From NCBI RefSeq assembly GCF_018350175.1, contig NC_058368.1, positions 40,116,001 to 40,180,000 on the forward strand: a DNA stretch of 64,000 bases, read 5' to 3'. Origin of the DNA: Felis catus. Its lineage: Eukaryota. Below the pieces are notes generated by a model. The model made no database searches, was not told where the DNA came from, and saw only the letters and a list, made by a program, of their open reading frames with translations. Positions 38,861-51,721 of the stretch are shown piece after piece (the stretch's first letter is position 1; each line of letters begins with the position of its first letter). The translations under genes and the position numbers were made by a program.

Positions 38861-39379
38861 CTGATGGTGAGAATAGGCTTTGCTCTGATAGTATTACTCC
38901 CTATTTGTGTGAAGAATTCCTTCGAGTTGGCTTATTTTTATATTTTTAATAGGAATCCAATCTTACCCCATTAGAGACAGAACCAAAAATAGAAAGAGAG
39001 CTTGCTTCTAACCCAGGCACACCTGGGTCTGAATCACATGTCTGTTATTTCAATAACTTAATTTTTATATTTATGAAATAGAAACATACTCTACCTTGTA
39101 GATTCCTTTGGTGGGCAGTGAGGGGAGCTGATATAATATATAAAACTTCCGAGACAATAACTGAGGCAAAATTCACACACTACAAATTTGTGGCAAAAGG
39201 GAGTCAGTTCATGCTGTCACCTATGTCCTTAGAAAGTACCTCATTGGTACCTTAACAATTTCATGGAACACAGGGTCCTTCTAAAAAACGATGAAATTAA
39301 AATGTCAAAATTAAGTAGCATTTTGCTTGGACCACTGTAATCTATTGCACTATAAATTTTACTTTAAAATAATAATAAA

Positions 39380-39588
39380 GGGGCATCTGGGTGACTCAGT
39401 TAAGTGTCTGACTTTGGCTCAGGTCATGAAAGGACTGCTTATGAGTTCAAGCCCGTATCAAGCTTTGTGCTGAGTGCTCAGAGCCTGGAGCCTGCTTCAG
39501 ATTTTGTGTCTCCCTCTCTATCTGCCCCTCCCCAACTCTGACTCTGCGCCTCTTTCTCTCTCAAAAATAAATAAACATTAAAAAATTT
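39380..39588 (+). mobile_element. CAN-SINE
   Basis: Head and tail present; flanked by aaataataata copies. Confidence 0.92.
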
Positions 39589-40726
39589 AAATAATAATAT
39601 TCATTTTGTCAATTAGCTGTTCAAGTGAGAAAATGGGCCCAATCCCCAAACCAATAGAACAATAGTTATATTTTTGATTCATTGTAGATCAGGATGTTTA
39701 TATAATAGGGAAATTAGACTAAACTCCTTAAACTGATTGCAGCTTTTTCATCATCTGTCACAAACTGAGAAACAGAAGTGCTATTTACATTCATGAACCT
39801 GGAATATACTTCTGGTTCTATACAGAAAAAATATCTATATCTATATCTATATATCACATATAGAAATTTGAGCTTAAGGGAAGAGATTCTTCATGCCAAT
39901 TTTGATTGTTTTATATTTTTATGTTTATATGCATGGTATTTAGGAGATTTCTTTTTAATATATCTACTCAACATAAGAGGTTTTTATGAATATGATTAAA
40001 TACACAGTAATCTACTCATTATCTTAATTATTTGCATGGAATGCAAATTATAGTCTGAAGCTGTTCAATCAATGTATTTTTGGAAAAGTCATGCAGAGAA
40101 TCAACATTAAACAAGTATTTGCTTTCAATTAGGAATGTGTGACTTTCTCAGAGCCAATCATTTGGAAATATAATTTGCACACTAATTGTAATTTGCAAAG
40201 TCATCTTCCAGTTACATTGCTTCTTGGTCCCTATATTTTTATGTTAATTTTAACTTTCATCTCTAGATGGTGCTCTAAGTACCTGCATTGCAGCCAAGCA
40301 TGTTAACAACACTATAAAAGGTAAAAGAAACAAAAGTTTCAAAATAAAAAGTGATCAAAAACCAAATAAATTGACTTAGAAAATTCTTGGAACTTTTGCT
40401 TTAGGCCAGAATAGCATATGCTGTGAGGTGATTAAGCCCATGACAAAGATGTTTGAGTGCTGTCCTTATTAGAATTAGGAAAACAGTGACTGTAGAGAAG
40501 TATTTTAAATCTAGTTAGCAAATTCAGAATTGATATTTCCCCAATTAACTTATATTTCTTTTCTGACATCTATGAATTGTAGTGTTAAGTGTTTGGTGGA
40601 AGAAACAACTACACCCAAACACATTAACCACAAATTAACTTATTCAAGTCCTTTAAGATATCTTGGGACTAAAGCCATAGCTAAAGGAAAAGATGAAAAC
40701 AGTTAATTAAGGTTTTATTTAACTAT

Positions 40727-41053
40727 CAGTGATTGGCAAACTATGGCTTCAAAGCCAAATCTGGCCTGTTGCCTGTTTCTGTGAGTTTCATGAGCTAAAA
40801 ATAGCTTTTTCATGCTTAATATTGTTTTTAAGTCAAAAAAGTATAATATTTCAAGACACATAGAAATTATAACAAGTGTGAGTTTCAGTGGCTATAAAGT
40901 TCTATCGGAAAACTGCCATGCTCATTTAAGTGTTGTCTACAGCTGCTTTGGTACTATACCCGCAGAGTCCAGTACTGGGACAGACAATGTATGGACTACT
41001 AAGCCTACAGTATTTAATATCTGGCTTTTGCAGAAAAGGCTCGCTCAATTCTG
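40727..41053 (+). mobile_element. MER58B-like hAT-Charlie element
   Basis: 5' 'cagtgattggcaaactatggc...gccaaatctggcc'; 3' 'aagcctacagtatttaatatctggcttttgcagaaaagg'. Confidence 0.8.
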
Positions 41054-41377
41054 TACTAAATGAAAGTTGCAGACTGTCGCATGATTTAGTTAGCTGGTAA
41101 CACTGTTATTGGGATGACAGCCAAAATAAACAGATAAACTGAGCTCTAACCTTTCATCCTTAAGTTAACAGGACACAATCAAGTCAATAGGAAATTTTTT
41201 CATAATTTTAAAATTTGGTATTTTAGAGGATTTCTCACTAAAGGAAATTCTGATTCTTATATCTTCCCAGGAAGAAAATAATGTATTCAAAGATCAAAAC
41301 TTAGCTAAAGTTATCATTTTAGTATCATGCAGCTAAGACAATTCCAATGCAAACTACATAGAATTTTAGTGAATTTA

Positions 41378-41413
41378 ATCGCTTCTCGGCCTTTTGGCTA
41401 AGATCAAGTGTAG
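41378..41413 (+). pseudogene. RNU2: U2 snRNA 5' fragment (nt 1-36), tailless retrocopy
   Basis: ATCGCTTCTCGGCCTTTTGGCTAAGATCAAGTGTAG equals the U2 5' end; flanked by direct repeat tagaattttagtgaattta (41359-41377, 41411-41429). Confidence 0.95.
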
Positions 41414-41664
41414 AATTTTAGTGAATTTAAATAGGTTATGAATCTGTTATCTGGACTGTATATTATTCTATAATTGTCCCCAATGTGACACTTGCATATT
41501 AATGAGAATTTTGATCCTCCTAAGTATGTTAATTTTTATCAATTGTTCCAACAAAGTATTTCTTTGGAAAGAATTACAGAAATACTGTTTCTGCTGCTAC
41601 ACTTCAGAGCCTTATCATCCCCCTCTTTTATAACCCCTGTGGTCTCCATTTTTATAATTGTGTT

Positions 41665-41860
41665 ATCATTACTCTGTGTTTCAAGTGAGAGAAACACAAC
41701 TCAGAAGTACTTTAAGAGAGAAAAAAAGAATTTGTTGGAAGGACACTCAGTTACTTTATGTAATAGAAATGGAAATGAGTGGAAAGATCAGCATTATTCC
41801 CCCAGTGCCATGGTCTCTAGTTGGCATTTCTGTACTCTCTTTTTGCACTAATGAACAAAA
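41665..41860 (-). mobile_element. MaLR (MLT1-like) LTR relic
   Basis: 'gtttcaagtgagagaaacacaactcagaagtactttaag...gaatttgttggaagga'. Confidence 0.45.
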
Positions 41861-42699
41861 TTTAGGAGTGGTTAAAACATTAAAAACACTGAGAAGAAAA
41901 AGTAATTTTAAAAGAAAAGATACTTTATCCTCAACCAATCCTTTGTAAAATGAGGTCGGTGTAGAATAATGAATGGCAAAGCATTTATAGGAATAACTGA
42001 GACATTATATTTGCTGTTGTCTCAATTCTCCACTCCATTTTGTTAAGACAAATCATTATACTGGGGCTAGAATTGTCTAAATTACAGAAGCACAACCTGG
42101 AAATGATCACATCAGACATTAAATTACAGAGGATCCTTTAAATTGTTCATTTCTTTAACATGGAGCACTATCTTTGAGACAGATTATGGAAGATGGATCT
42201 AGTTCATTTGATTTGTAGTGAGATTCTACTAGGGGTAGAAATTCTACACCTATTACTAGGGAGTTTTATATTAGAAAAATACATGGACATTTATTGCAAT
42301 AAATAGAAATTATTGACTCAGCCTGTTTCTAGATAAAGTAAATACACAGAACACAAGTCTTCTGTTCAAGATATTTCCTTTGGCTAAATGGCCAATTCAG
42401 GTTGCCACACAGTCAATGTGATCGACTGGGTAGTAATTAATTGGCAATTAACATGGCCCTAACACAAACACCCATGAACTAATTTGATGAGTAAGTACAG
42501 ATTTGACCACAAATCTGAACAACATGTTATTGAGTAGAACTGTATGATTACCCTTTTGGAAGCATTCTATTAATCTATACTAAAAAAAATGTATTCTGTG
42601 ATATGTCAACACAATTTTTTCATGTAATGTTTACTAAGGCATTTTGATTCAACCCATTGACGTTATGAAAAAAAGAGGCCAATTCTTTTCCCTTAAGAC

Positions 42700-43050
42700 A
42701 ACATTTCTAGTAGTTGAACCAATGATATCACATTTTCCTTATTTTTCTCTTTCTGAGAGTAAAAACTTCAATTTCTAGGTCAATTCCTATTATAACATGA
42801 TTTCTTTTGCCATGCTCATTATCTGCTGTATAAATTCTAGTTTGTCTATGTCTCTTTTAATATGTAGTGCCTAGTAATTAAAATATAGATGGGTTATCAA
42901 CATCTCACTTTAGATTCTATAATGCTATTAATACTGTACTTTTGTCAGCTACATTACACTTTGTCCACACAATAACACAGTAACAACTGAATTCCCAAAA
43001 TCTGTTTCACACTTGCTTCAATTAAATTCCGACTTCCCCATCCTCATTTC
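42700..43050 (-). mobile_element. CR1/L3 relic
   Basis: 'tctagtttgtctatgtctcttttaatatgtagtgcctag' resembles the antisense L3 3' ORF. Confidence 0.4.
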
Positions 43051-43336
43051 TGCATTATTTTCACTATAAAAGCAATTATGTTAAGAAAGGAAAGTAACCT
43101 CTCATAGAATACATTGCAGACATTTTACATACTCTTTGAACATGCTTCTATTTGCTTTGATTGTGAAATGCACTGGGCAAAAGCCCTCCTGAAAGCATTA
43201 TGTACTTTAACTGTAAGAACCTCAAGCCATATTGCAACCATTGTGTTCATTTGAGATGCAAAACATTGTTAAAAATTCACATACAGAGAGTGAAACTAGA
43301 CCTTTATCTACACCATACATAAAAATCAACTCAAAT

Positions 43337-43541
43337 GGGACACCTGGGTGGCTCAGTCGGTTGGGCATCCGACTTCAGCTCAGGTCATGATCTTGCAGTT
43401 TGTGAGTTCAAGCCCTGCGTCGGGCTCTGTGCTGACAGCTTGGAGCCTGGAGCCTGCTTCAGATTCTGTGTCTCCTCCTCTCTCTGCTCCTCCCCTGCTC
43501 ATGCTCTGTCTCTCTCTGTCTCTCAACAATAAATAAATGTT
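43337..43541 (+). mobile_element. CAN-SINE inside L1
   Basis: Perfect TSD aaaaatcaactcaaat (43321-43336, 43542-43557). Confidence 0.95.
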
Positions 43542-43829
43542 AAAAATCAACTCAAATGGATGAAAGGCATAAATGTAACACCTAAAACTACTATATTTTC
43601 CCTAGAAGGAAATATAGGGAGAAAGCTTCATAACATTGGTTTTGTCAATGATTTCTTGGATATGATACCAAAAGCACAGGCAACGAAACCAAAAATAGGT
43701 GGGATTCATTAAACAAAAACTATTGTGTGGCAAAGGACACAATCAACAAAGTGAAAAGGCAAACTACAGAATAGGAGAAAATATTTTCAAACCTTCTATC
43801 TGATAAGAGGATAATAGCCAAAATACATA

Positions 43830-44435
43830 CAGGCTCACCTTGGAGACACTCTGAATTTGGTTCCAGACCACCACAATAAAGCAAAATCACAATAAAGCAA
43901 GTCAAATGCATTTTTTGGTATCCTAGTACAAAAAGGATATGTTATGTTTTCACTATATTGCCATTTATTAAGTGTACAATAGCATTATGTCTCAAAAAGC
44001 AATGTACATAAATTAAAAATACATTTTTGCCAGAAAAAAAAGGAAACCGTCATCTGAGCTCTCAGTGTGTGTCTCAGGGAATAGGGAAGCTGGAGGAGAG
44101 GAAGAGAGACAGAGCAAGGACCCGTCAGTGAAGCAGTCAGACACACACAACATGTATTCAGTTCACCATCTTACATGGGTACAGTTTGTGGTGCCCCAAA
44201 ACAGTTATAATAGTGACACCAAAGACCACTGATTATAGATTTCCATAACAAACATCATACTAATAAAAAAGTTTGAAATATTGGGATAATTACCAAAATG
44301 TGACACAAACCCAAAGTGAGAAAATGCTATTGGAAAATGGTGCCCATAGACTTCCTCGATGCAGGGTTGGTGCAAACCTTCAGTTTGTAAAAAACATACA
44401 ATATCCGTGAAGCACGATAAAATGAAGTATGCCCA
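43830..44435 (-). mobile_element. Tigger1-derived non-autonomous element (Tigger1a-like) inside L1
   Basis: TA target, then TIR-like caggctcacctt...; other end ...aatgaagtatgccca; internal 'ttccagaccaccacaataaagc' and 'caaaccttcagtttgtaaaaaa'. Confidence 0.88.
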
Positions 44436-44985
44436 GAAGGAACTCCTGCAACTCAACAGCAAAACAAACAAACAAAAAAACAAACACCAAATAGCCTGAT
44501 TTAAAAATCTGTAAAAGACTTGAAAAGACATTTCTCCAAAGGAAACGTACAAACAAAGATGCTGAATGTCACTAATCACTGGGGAAATGCAAATCAAAAC
44601 ACAATAAGATACCAATTCCCACCTGTCAGGATGACCTTTATACAAACAAACAAAAACAAAAACAGAAAGTAACAAGTGTTGGTCAAGAATGTGAAGAAAA
44701 TTGGAACTCTTGTTCCCTGTTGGTGAGAATGTAAAATGGTGCTGCTGCCACTGAAGACAGTATGGAGGTTCCTCAAAAATTAAAAGTAGAATTGATGCTA
44801 TCCCACTTCTGAGTGTGTATCCAAAAGAATTTTTAAGAAGCTCTAACTCCCATGTCCATTGCAGCATTGTTCACAATAGCCAAGAGGTTCAAACAACCTA
44901 ACTGGCTGTGAAAAAAGTAGATAGAGAAAATAAGGTATATGCATACACTAGAATATTATTCAGTGTTTATAAAGAAGGCTATCTT

Positions 44986-45145
44986 GGGGCGCCTGGGTGG
45001 CTCAGTCATTAAGCATCTGACTCTTGATTTCCACTCAGGTTATGATCTCACAGTTTATGAGTTCAAGCCCCACATCAGGCTCTGTGATGACAGTGTGGAG
45101 CCTGCATGGGATTCTCTGTCTCCCTCTCTCTCTGCCCCTCTTCTG

Positions 45146-45182
<37 letters not shown>

Positions 45183-45210
45183 AAATAAATAAACTGTATT
45201 TAAAAAAAAA
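44986..45210 (+). mobile_element. CAN-SINE inside L1
   Basis: Full head, (CT)n and A-tail. Confidence 0.93.
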
Positions 45211-46114
45211 TGAAGAAGGAAATTTTGTCTTATACTACAAGATGGATGAATCTTGAGGATATCAGGCTAAGTGAAATAAGCTCATCATGAAAAGACCAAT
45301 CATGCAGTACTAAGTCTATTGAGATATCTAAAATAGTCAAAATCTTAGAAACAGTGAGTAGAATGGTAGTTGCCAGGGACTGAGGAGAGAGAGCAATAGG
45401 GGACTGATGTGTTATAGGTATAAAGTTTCAAAGAAGCAATAGGAAAATTTTCTAGAGATCTGCTGTGCCACAATGTGCATATAGTTAACAATACTGTACC
45501 ATGCATACAGTTAAACATTTGAGTAGATTTCATGTTATTCTTTTGTTTTGTTTTGTTTCTGTAAACAAATAAATACCAAACAAACAACAATGACAAAACT
45601 CCACTGGAGAAACTAAAGAGAAATTTTACTTAGAAATTTTTGAGAAATAATCTTAGTTAAAAAAATTAGTGAAACCATGCCAAATAAATTTCCCTACAAT
45701 TTTACGCAAATGATTTGATGCTATCTTTCAATAGAGCATCTCAGAGTATGAAATGGTTCCAACAGGGTAGATGAGATATTAGGAATGAAGCTCCAGACTT
45801 AACTGGTCAACTTATTATCTAAGAAACTAATGGATGAATTCTTTAACCTGTGTCACATTAATGAGAATACCATTACTTGCCTTTTCTCAGATAGCAATGT
45901 CCTTCCATACTCCCTAAAATTTCTCACACTGCTGCTTCTACCTGAAAGGCCCTTTTTCCCAACTCTGCATAAAACATTTCATCTTACCCTTCAGGTGCCC
46001 CTGCTTCCATTAGTAATTTTCCCATGTGCCCTTTGTGACATACACAGAGGTAATACTTCCACCATACTGCTTTCAAAGACAAGTAAGATTACAAAAGTAA
46101 ATACAATTTACACC

Positions 46115-46156
46115 GACTTGAGTCAAAGTCGGATGCTTAACTACTGAGCCACCCAG
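46115..46156 (-). mobile_element. Isolated CAN-SINE head fragment (about 42 bp)
   Basis: Minus strand ctgggtggctcagtagttaagcatccgactttgactcaagtc; no body or tail. Confidence 0.8.
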
Positions 46157-48539
46157 TCTCAGTTTACAATCTTATGCTTGTAAATTGAAAATTAAACTTC
46201 TGTGTCTCTGATGGGTATAATAAGTTATTTAATGTAAAAGCTGAGATTAAATGAAGTTTCTTTAATGTGTATAACACCTAATAGTATAAAACACCCTTGC
46301 CTGAATATAATTCCTTTAGATCTGTACAATTACACTGAGGGGTGTGGAGAGAGTTGGAAAGGAGCCAAGGAGCTGAGGTTGACTGAGAAATGCATGCTGG
46401 TTCAAGGCCTGACTCTTTAGCAACAAGTGTGATTTGAGTGCTCTTTGCCCCCAGAGAAAACCACAGCTGTGAGAATCAAAAGACTTGCCCACAGGCACAA
46501 ATCAAATAATTGGAAGTGTTTGTTTTGATTGAAGTTAGGTATTCAGATCCCACATTCTGTGTTTCTTCCCCTAAAAAAATTTTGGATCTCATATGCACAT
46601 GTAATTCTAATTCCATTCCTGTAGCTCCAATATTGCATATTATTTTTGAAACAAGGAGGGAAAAATGCACTCTTTATCAATAATTAATGTACCAAGATCT
46701 AATTTTAAACAGTTTAAAATATAGAAATAAACAGCAAAAATCTACTTCAATTTAAATTATTGAAAAGCTGTTTTAAATGAGATGATAGTGACACAACAAA
46801 TGTAACACAATTACTTAATATAGTTCTTAAAATGTAATTCCTGATGCATTTCAGAACAGAGCCTCAATTCATTTGCGGAAAACACTGGTTCCACCAATTG
46901 TTATTCTAAGGAGAAATATAGATGTATCACTGAGGCTCATGACCAAAAATGTGAAATACTGTCAGGGGCCATCATTTTTACCCCAAATAGGAGCAGTTTC
47001 TCCAGTGATTTTGATTGGCATTTTGAAATGTGCTTGTGAATAAAACAGAAAGAAAATGGCATACCTCACATTCAAATGCCCACACAGAGATAATAATGGA
47101 AGCAATGTTTTATGGGTCATTGGGGAAGGCAATCCCACCTGAATGTTTGTTTCTGAGAATGATAAGAGCAGAGTGAATATTCTTCTGCATCATGTAACCT
47201 GGACTAGAGGAAGAACTGATGAATGATGATTGATTTAATACAAAAAAGCTGAGCAGTAGAGGGTGGAAGACATGGGGGGGGGAGGAACAAACAAACAAAC
47301 AAACAAACACACTGAACAGGAGTTATTCCAGATACTTTGATATTGTGATAAACTCAAAGCCCAGAATCCAACACTCAGCCTTGAGAGTACATCTGTAACT
47401 TTGCCCCCATCCGCGTCCTTAGGTGTAAAAGGGTAATGGAATTATAGAGTCAAGGCAGACAAAATGTTAAGACAAACAAGTTTGCTTATTTGTTTGTTTC
47501 CATGACTAGAATAAGCTCTTCCTCCCAAACTTTCTAAAACAGATGGTTGCCTGTTCTAGGATAAAAGATTAGTAGAAAAGGAAATTCCTCAGCCCTGCTC
47601 AGAAGCACACAGTCTGTGCTGGCAGGCAGTAATCAGAAACAAAACGCCCCTTTTGAAGCAATGTTTTCAAGAAAGATTGAATTTGAGAGGTAGAGTGGTA
47701 AGAAGGATTATTCCCTTTCTTACTGTTCTCTCTCCCGCCCCCCTGAAAACTGTCCCCCAGCCCCTTCCTTTATCAGTAATACACTGAATTCACTTATAAA
47801 TCTTTCCATGTCTTAGAGATCACCTGGAAAAAGAAGTTTCTTTCAGTTTTCATGCACAGAGTGAAAAACAAGATAAGCTAATATATATGCATAATAGTTA
47901 TATATAAAAGTCATCTGATTGTTAACTATTTTTTTTCTAAGAAGTGGAGAAGGAATTATGCATAATCTAATAGTCTGAAGTACATACACTGCTAGGAGGA
48001 AAAGTTGTAAATATTTAGCACAATAATTCTTTAGAACATAGGAAGGAATTTGCTAGATGACATTTCTTCCATCAATAAACGCACTTGTAAACACATGAAC
48101 ACACGTACACAATTTTATATGATTTTATGGATAGTTTGATGGGATTTTAAAGTTTGACGGTGTGTTCATCCCATTTTTGAGTTAAGGCCCCCTGACTGTA
48201 TTACACTTCTTAATTAACCTTTATATAAGTGACTTCTTTAAGAACAATGGATGTGTTAATTACCAGTCACTTTTGAGTATATATTTAATGAATTTTGATA
48301 ATCAAGTGTTTGGAAGTCAACCTTATGCCTGGGAGCAGAACTTCTGTGAATGGAGAGAATGTCAAAAAAATAAAAAATAATGTGAGTGATACACGGGCTT
48401 AAAAAAGGAGTTCTGCTAGATTTCTGCTAGAAATCTGCTAGATTTCTCTATGGTATAGAGAAAAATGGACTAATACATAAGCAAACCAAAAAGCTTTCCT
48501 AATATTCTTATGTTTTGTGTCCAACAAAGATGTTGTGTC

Positions 48540-48762
48540 GGGGCACCTGGGTGGCTCAGTTGGTTAAGTGGCTGACTTCGGCTCAGGTCATGATCTCACA
48601 GTTCGTGTGTTCAAGCCCCACATCCAGCTCTGTGATGAGAGCTCAGAGCCTGGAGCCTGCTTCGGATTCTGTGTCTCCCTCTCTCTCTCTGCCCTTCCCC
48701 CACTCACGCTCTGTTCTCTCTCTCTTTCAAAAATAAAATAAACATTAAAAAAAATTTTAAAA
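48540..48762 (+). mobile_element. CAN-SINE
   Basis: Perfect TSD aaagatgttgtgtc. Confidence 0.95.
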
Positions 48763-49407
48763 AAAGATGTTGTGTCAACATAATAAGATGAATTTGGTCT
48801 AGGTTCATGATGCATGGAAACTTAGAATGGGCTGCCTGGAAATGGAAAAATAGGATTTCTGAAAGGGCAGCATCAAACCCAGGATTGTATCTTTCTCATG
48901 GTTAGAGAAGTGCTTCTCACTGTCACACCAGGGGTGAGGCTGAATATCAGTTTTGCTAATATTGTGTCATCTGTGCCATTCTGCTTTATCTCTCTTGTTT
49001 TTTTTTTCCTTTTCCTGTGTTCAGATAATTAGACTAATCACTCGAAGAGAATCAGCAATATGACAGTAATATCAATGTGACCTGTCTAAACATTTCACTG
49101 TGGTTTTGAAATGCTATTATTTCACTTTCTTTCTTATTATGTAGCATTAACACAACATACATTCAGTTAAGTTGAAGTAAATAAACCGGTAGGAAGTTTA
49201 TAAGTGTTTTTTTTTAAATACTGAGTGATATTTTTATAATTTTCACCCTGGCCTTCTCTACCCTAGATAAAATAATTGGAAGCTATGCTATTCTTTGACA
49301 GATATTATATTTCTGGTTTATAATTTATTTCTAGTACTTATAGAACTTTCCACAACCTCATTAAAGAAGTAAACAGACTTTGTTCAAAGATATATTATGC
49401 CTGAATA

Positions 49408-49616
49408 TTTTATTTTATTATTTTATTTTATTTTATTTTATTATTTTATTTTATTTATTTACAGTGAGTGGGCGAGGGACAGAGAGAAGAGAGAATCTCA
49501 AGCAGGCTCCATGCTGAGGGTGTACATGGGGCTCAATCTCACCAAATGTAAGATCATGACCTGAGCCGAAATCAAGAGTCCAACACACTAAACCAACTGA
49601 GCCACCCAGGCACCCC
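49408..49616 (-). mobile_element. Older CAN-SINE with (TTTTA)n tail
   Basis: Head ends at 49616; pentanucleotide tail. Confidence 0.9.
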
Positions 49617-50047
49617 TTTTGTGCACAATTCTAAAGCCTATGCTTCACTTTACTGAGACTTTAGACAAGGGAGAAATATTTGTCCAGACTAGCGATTAGG
49701 GGGCATTCATTTAGAATAACTGTTCCATTAAATACTTTTCAATTTATGGACAGAATACTGTTTCCCTTTCTTATTTGTTGGGTTGAGTAATTTAGTCAGA
49801 AACAAGTGCAATTCTTCATCATACTTAGCTATGTGCTATTCGTTAGCATAGCTATCAGGACAAAGTAAAAAAATAATAATAATTACTTAGGAGTTAGGGT
49901 TTTCCAAAGGTCATGATTAAATTGAGAAAGACAAAATAAAACTTAAAATAAAATTCCAGAAATATTAAGATTGAGAGATCTTCAAAAGGACAATGAAATT
50001 AAGAGACTATACAAAGCATAAAGGGGTGGCAAATGATGATGCTAAAC

Positions 50048-50090
50048 ATTATTATCATTATTATTATTATTGTTACTGTTGTTGTTGTTG

Positions 50091-50125
<35 letters not shown>
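50048..50125. repeat. Compound (ATT)n/(GTT)n microsatellite
   Basis: Seen directly. Confidence 0.9.
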
Positions 50126-50770
50126 GAAAATCTCCAAATCTTGAAAACTTGATGGCTAGGCTTTCATCTTTTTTCTTGAGTTATTTCAGGTGTTCATTTA
50201 TAGCTGTCACATGACATGAAAGGTACAAATTTGTGACAGGTTTACCTTGTACCTGTTCAGATGGAAATTACTCACCAAATGGAATTTCTTCTTTTGCATT
50301 TTTAAGTGGCTTTTGTAAGATATGGAAAAAAATGCTAATTCTCATTCTTCCTTAATAAGACAAATGTAAAATATTTAGCCTATTCAGTATAATATTTAAC
50401 CAAGTGCAATGAATACAAATAAAGAATCCTTATGTTTTAAAGTTTCATAGCCCAGGGAAGAGTAATAGATAAAATAATAAGAATAACAACAATAACAGTA
50501 GTAATGATGAATAATGCAATGACAGAAAAACTATAGAGATATTACTTTGTCATCAAACTTAGAGGAAGACCAAAGAGTTCAGAGATTTTTCCCTGAGTTT
50601 TATCTATCTCAAAAAGTGGATTCTCACTTTCATTAAAAAAATGCACACCTGTTGGACACACTGTGAGAACATTTTCTAAAAAATACCTGGAGAATAAAAG
50701 TTCACTTGGAAGAAAACTTATGGAATGATCTAAAGAGGAGGATTCATAGGCTATTAAGAAGGAGCGTTTA

Positions 50771-50985
50771 GGGGCGCCTGGGTGGCGCAGTCGGTTAAGC
50801 GTCTGACTTCAGCCAGGTCACGATCTCGCGGTCCGTGAGTTCGAGCCCCGTGTCAGGCTCTGGGCTGATGGCTCGGAGCCTGGAGCCTGTTTCCGATTCT
50901 GTGTCTCCCTCTCTCTCTGGCCCTCCCTCGTTCATGCTGTCTCTCTCTGTCCCAAAAATAAATTAAAAAAAAAAAAGGTTGAAAA
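50771..50985 (+). mobile_element. Young CAN-SINE
   Basis: CpG-rich; TSD aaggagcgttta/aaggagtgttta. Confidence 0.95.
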
Positions 50986-51140
50986 AAAAGGAGTGTTTAT
51001 AATAAATAGCCAGATATTTGTAATTGAGTCAGATTTGTGTGTTTGTTTAATTGTGCCAGATTTGTGTGATGCTGCTTCTGAGCATCAAAGAATTAAATAT
51101 TTCTGGACTCCTGCTGCTGGTGAATATTTTGACTTAATGC

Positions 51141-51143
51141 TTT

Positions 51144-51175
<32 letters not shown>

Positions 51176-51177
51176 TT

Positions 51178-51209
<32 letters not shown>

Positions 51210-51478
51210 TTTCTTTCCTTCCTTCCTTCCTTCCTTCCTTCCTTCCTTCCTTCCTTCCTTCCTTCCTTCCTTCCTTCCTTCCTTCTTTTTGAATGTTTAT
51301 TTTTGAGAGCGAGAGAAAGCATGAGCAGGGGAGGGGCAGAGATGGGGGGGACAGAGGATCCGAAGCAGACCCTGTGCTGACAGCAGAGAGATCAATGTGG
51401 CGCTCAAACTCATAAACCATGAGATCATGATACCAGCTGAAGTCAGATGCTTAACCGACCAAGCAACCCAGGCGTCCC
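51141..51478 (-). mobile_element. CAN-SINE with (TTTC)n(TTCC)n expanded tail
   Basis: Head ends at 51478; tail converted into about 145 bp of compound tetranucleotide repeat. Confidence 0.93.
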
Positions 51479-51721
51479 ATGTTTTCTTTATTTTTATAAA
51501 TCATTACTGTAGGCAGTGCTAAGGGTGCATTAAGTTAGGTATGATATTCTTATAGTATAATGCCTAATATGCTAAAATATTATGTTGATTTATCAAGAAG
51601 GAAAATAAACATATTTACTGAAAGCCATAATAACAGATTTTATTCTGTGATATAAGAAGATAATGGTAGTAAGGGCCTTCAAGGACCTCTTAGTAAATCA
51701 GTTCCAAGAAAAAAAAAACCA

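Larger units (their letters stand above)
43288..45590 (+). mobile_element. Old L1 (L1MA/L1MB-type) ORF2 end and 3'UTR, carrying three later insertions
   Basis: 'aaactagacctttatctacaccatacataaaaatcaactcaaatgga', 'gggaaatgcaaatcaaaac', 3'UTR 'gagatctgctgtgccacaatgtgcatatagttaacaatactgtac'. Confidence 0.9.

Noticed and set aside
44205..44867. 220-aa minus ORF
   Set aside because: Runs across antisense L1 and Tigger sequence; a chance frame.
50993..51420. Low-complexity FLPS/KEGR ORFs
   Set aside because: Translations of the tetranucleotide microsatellite.
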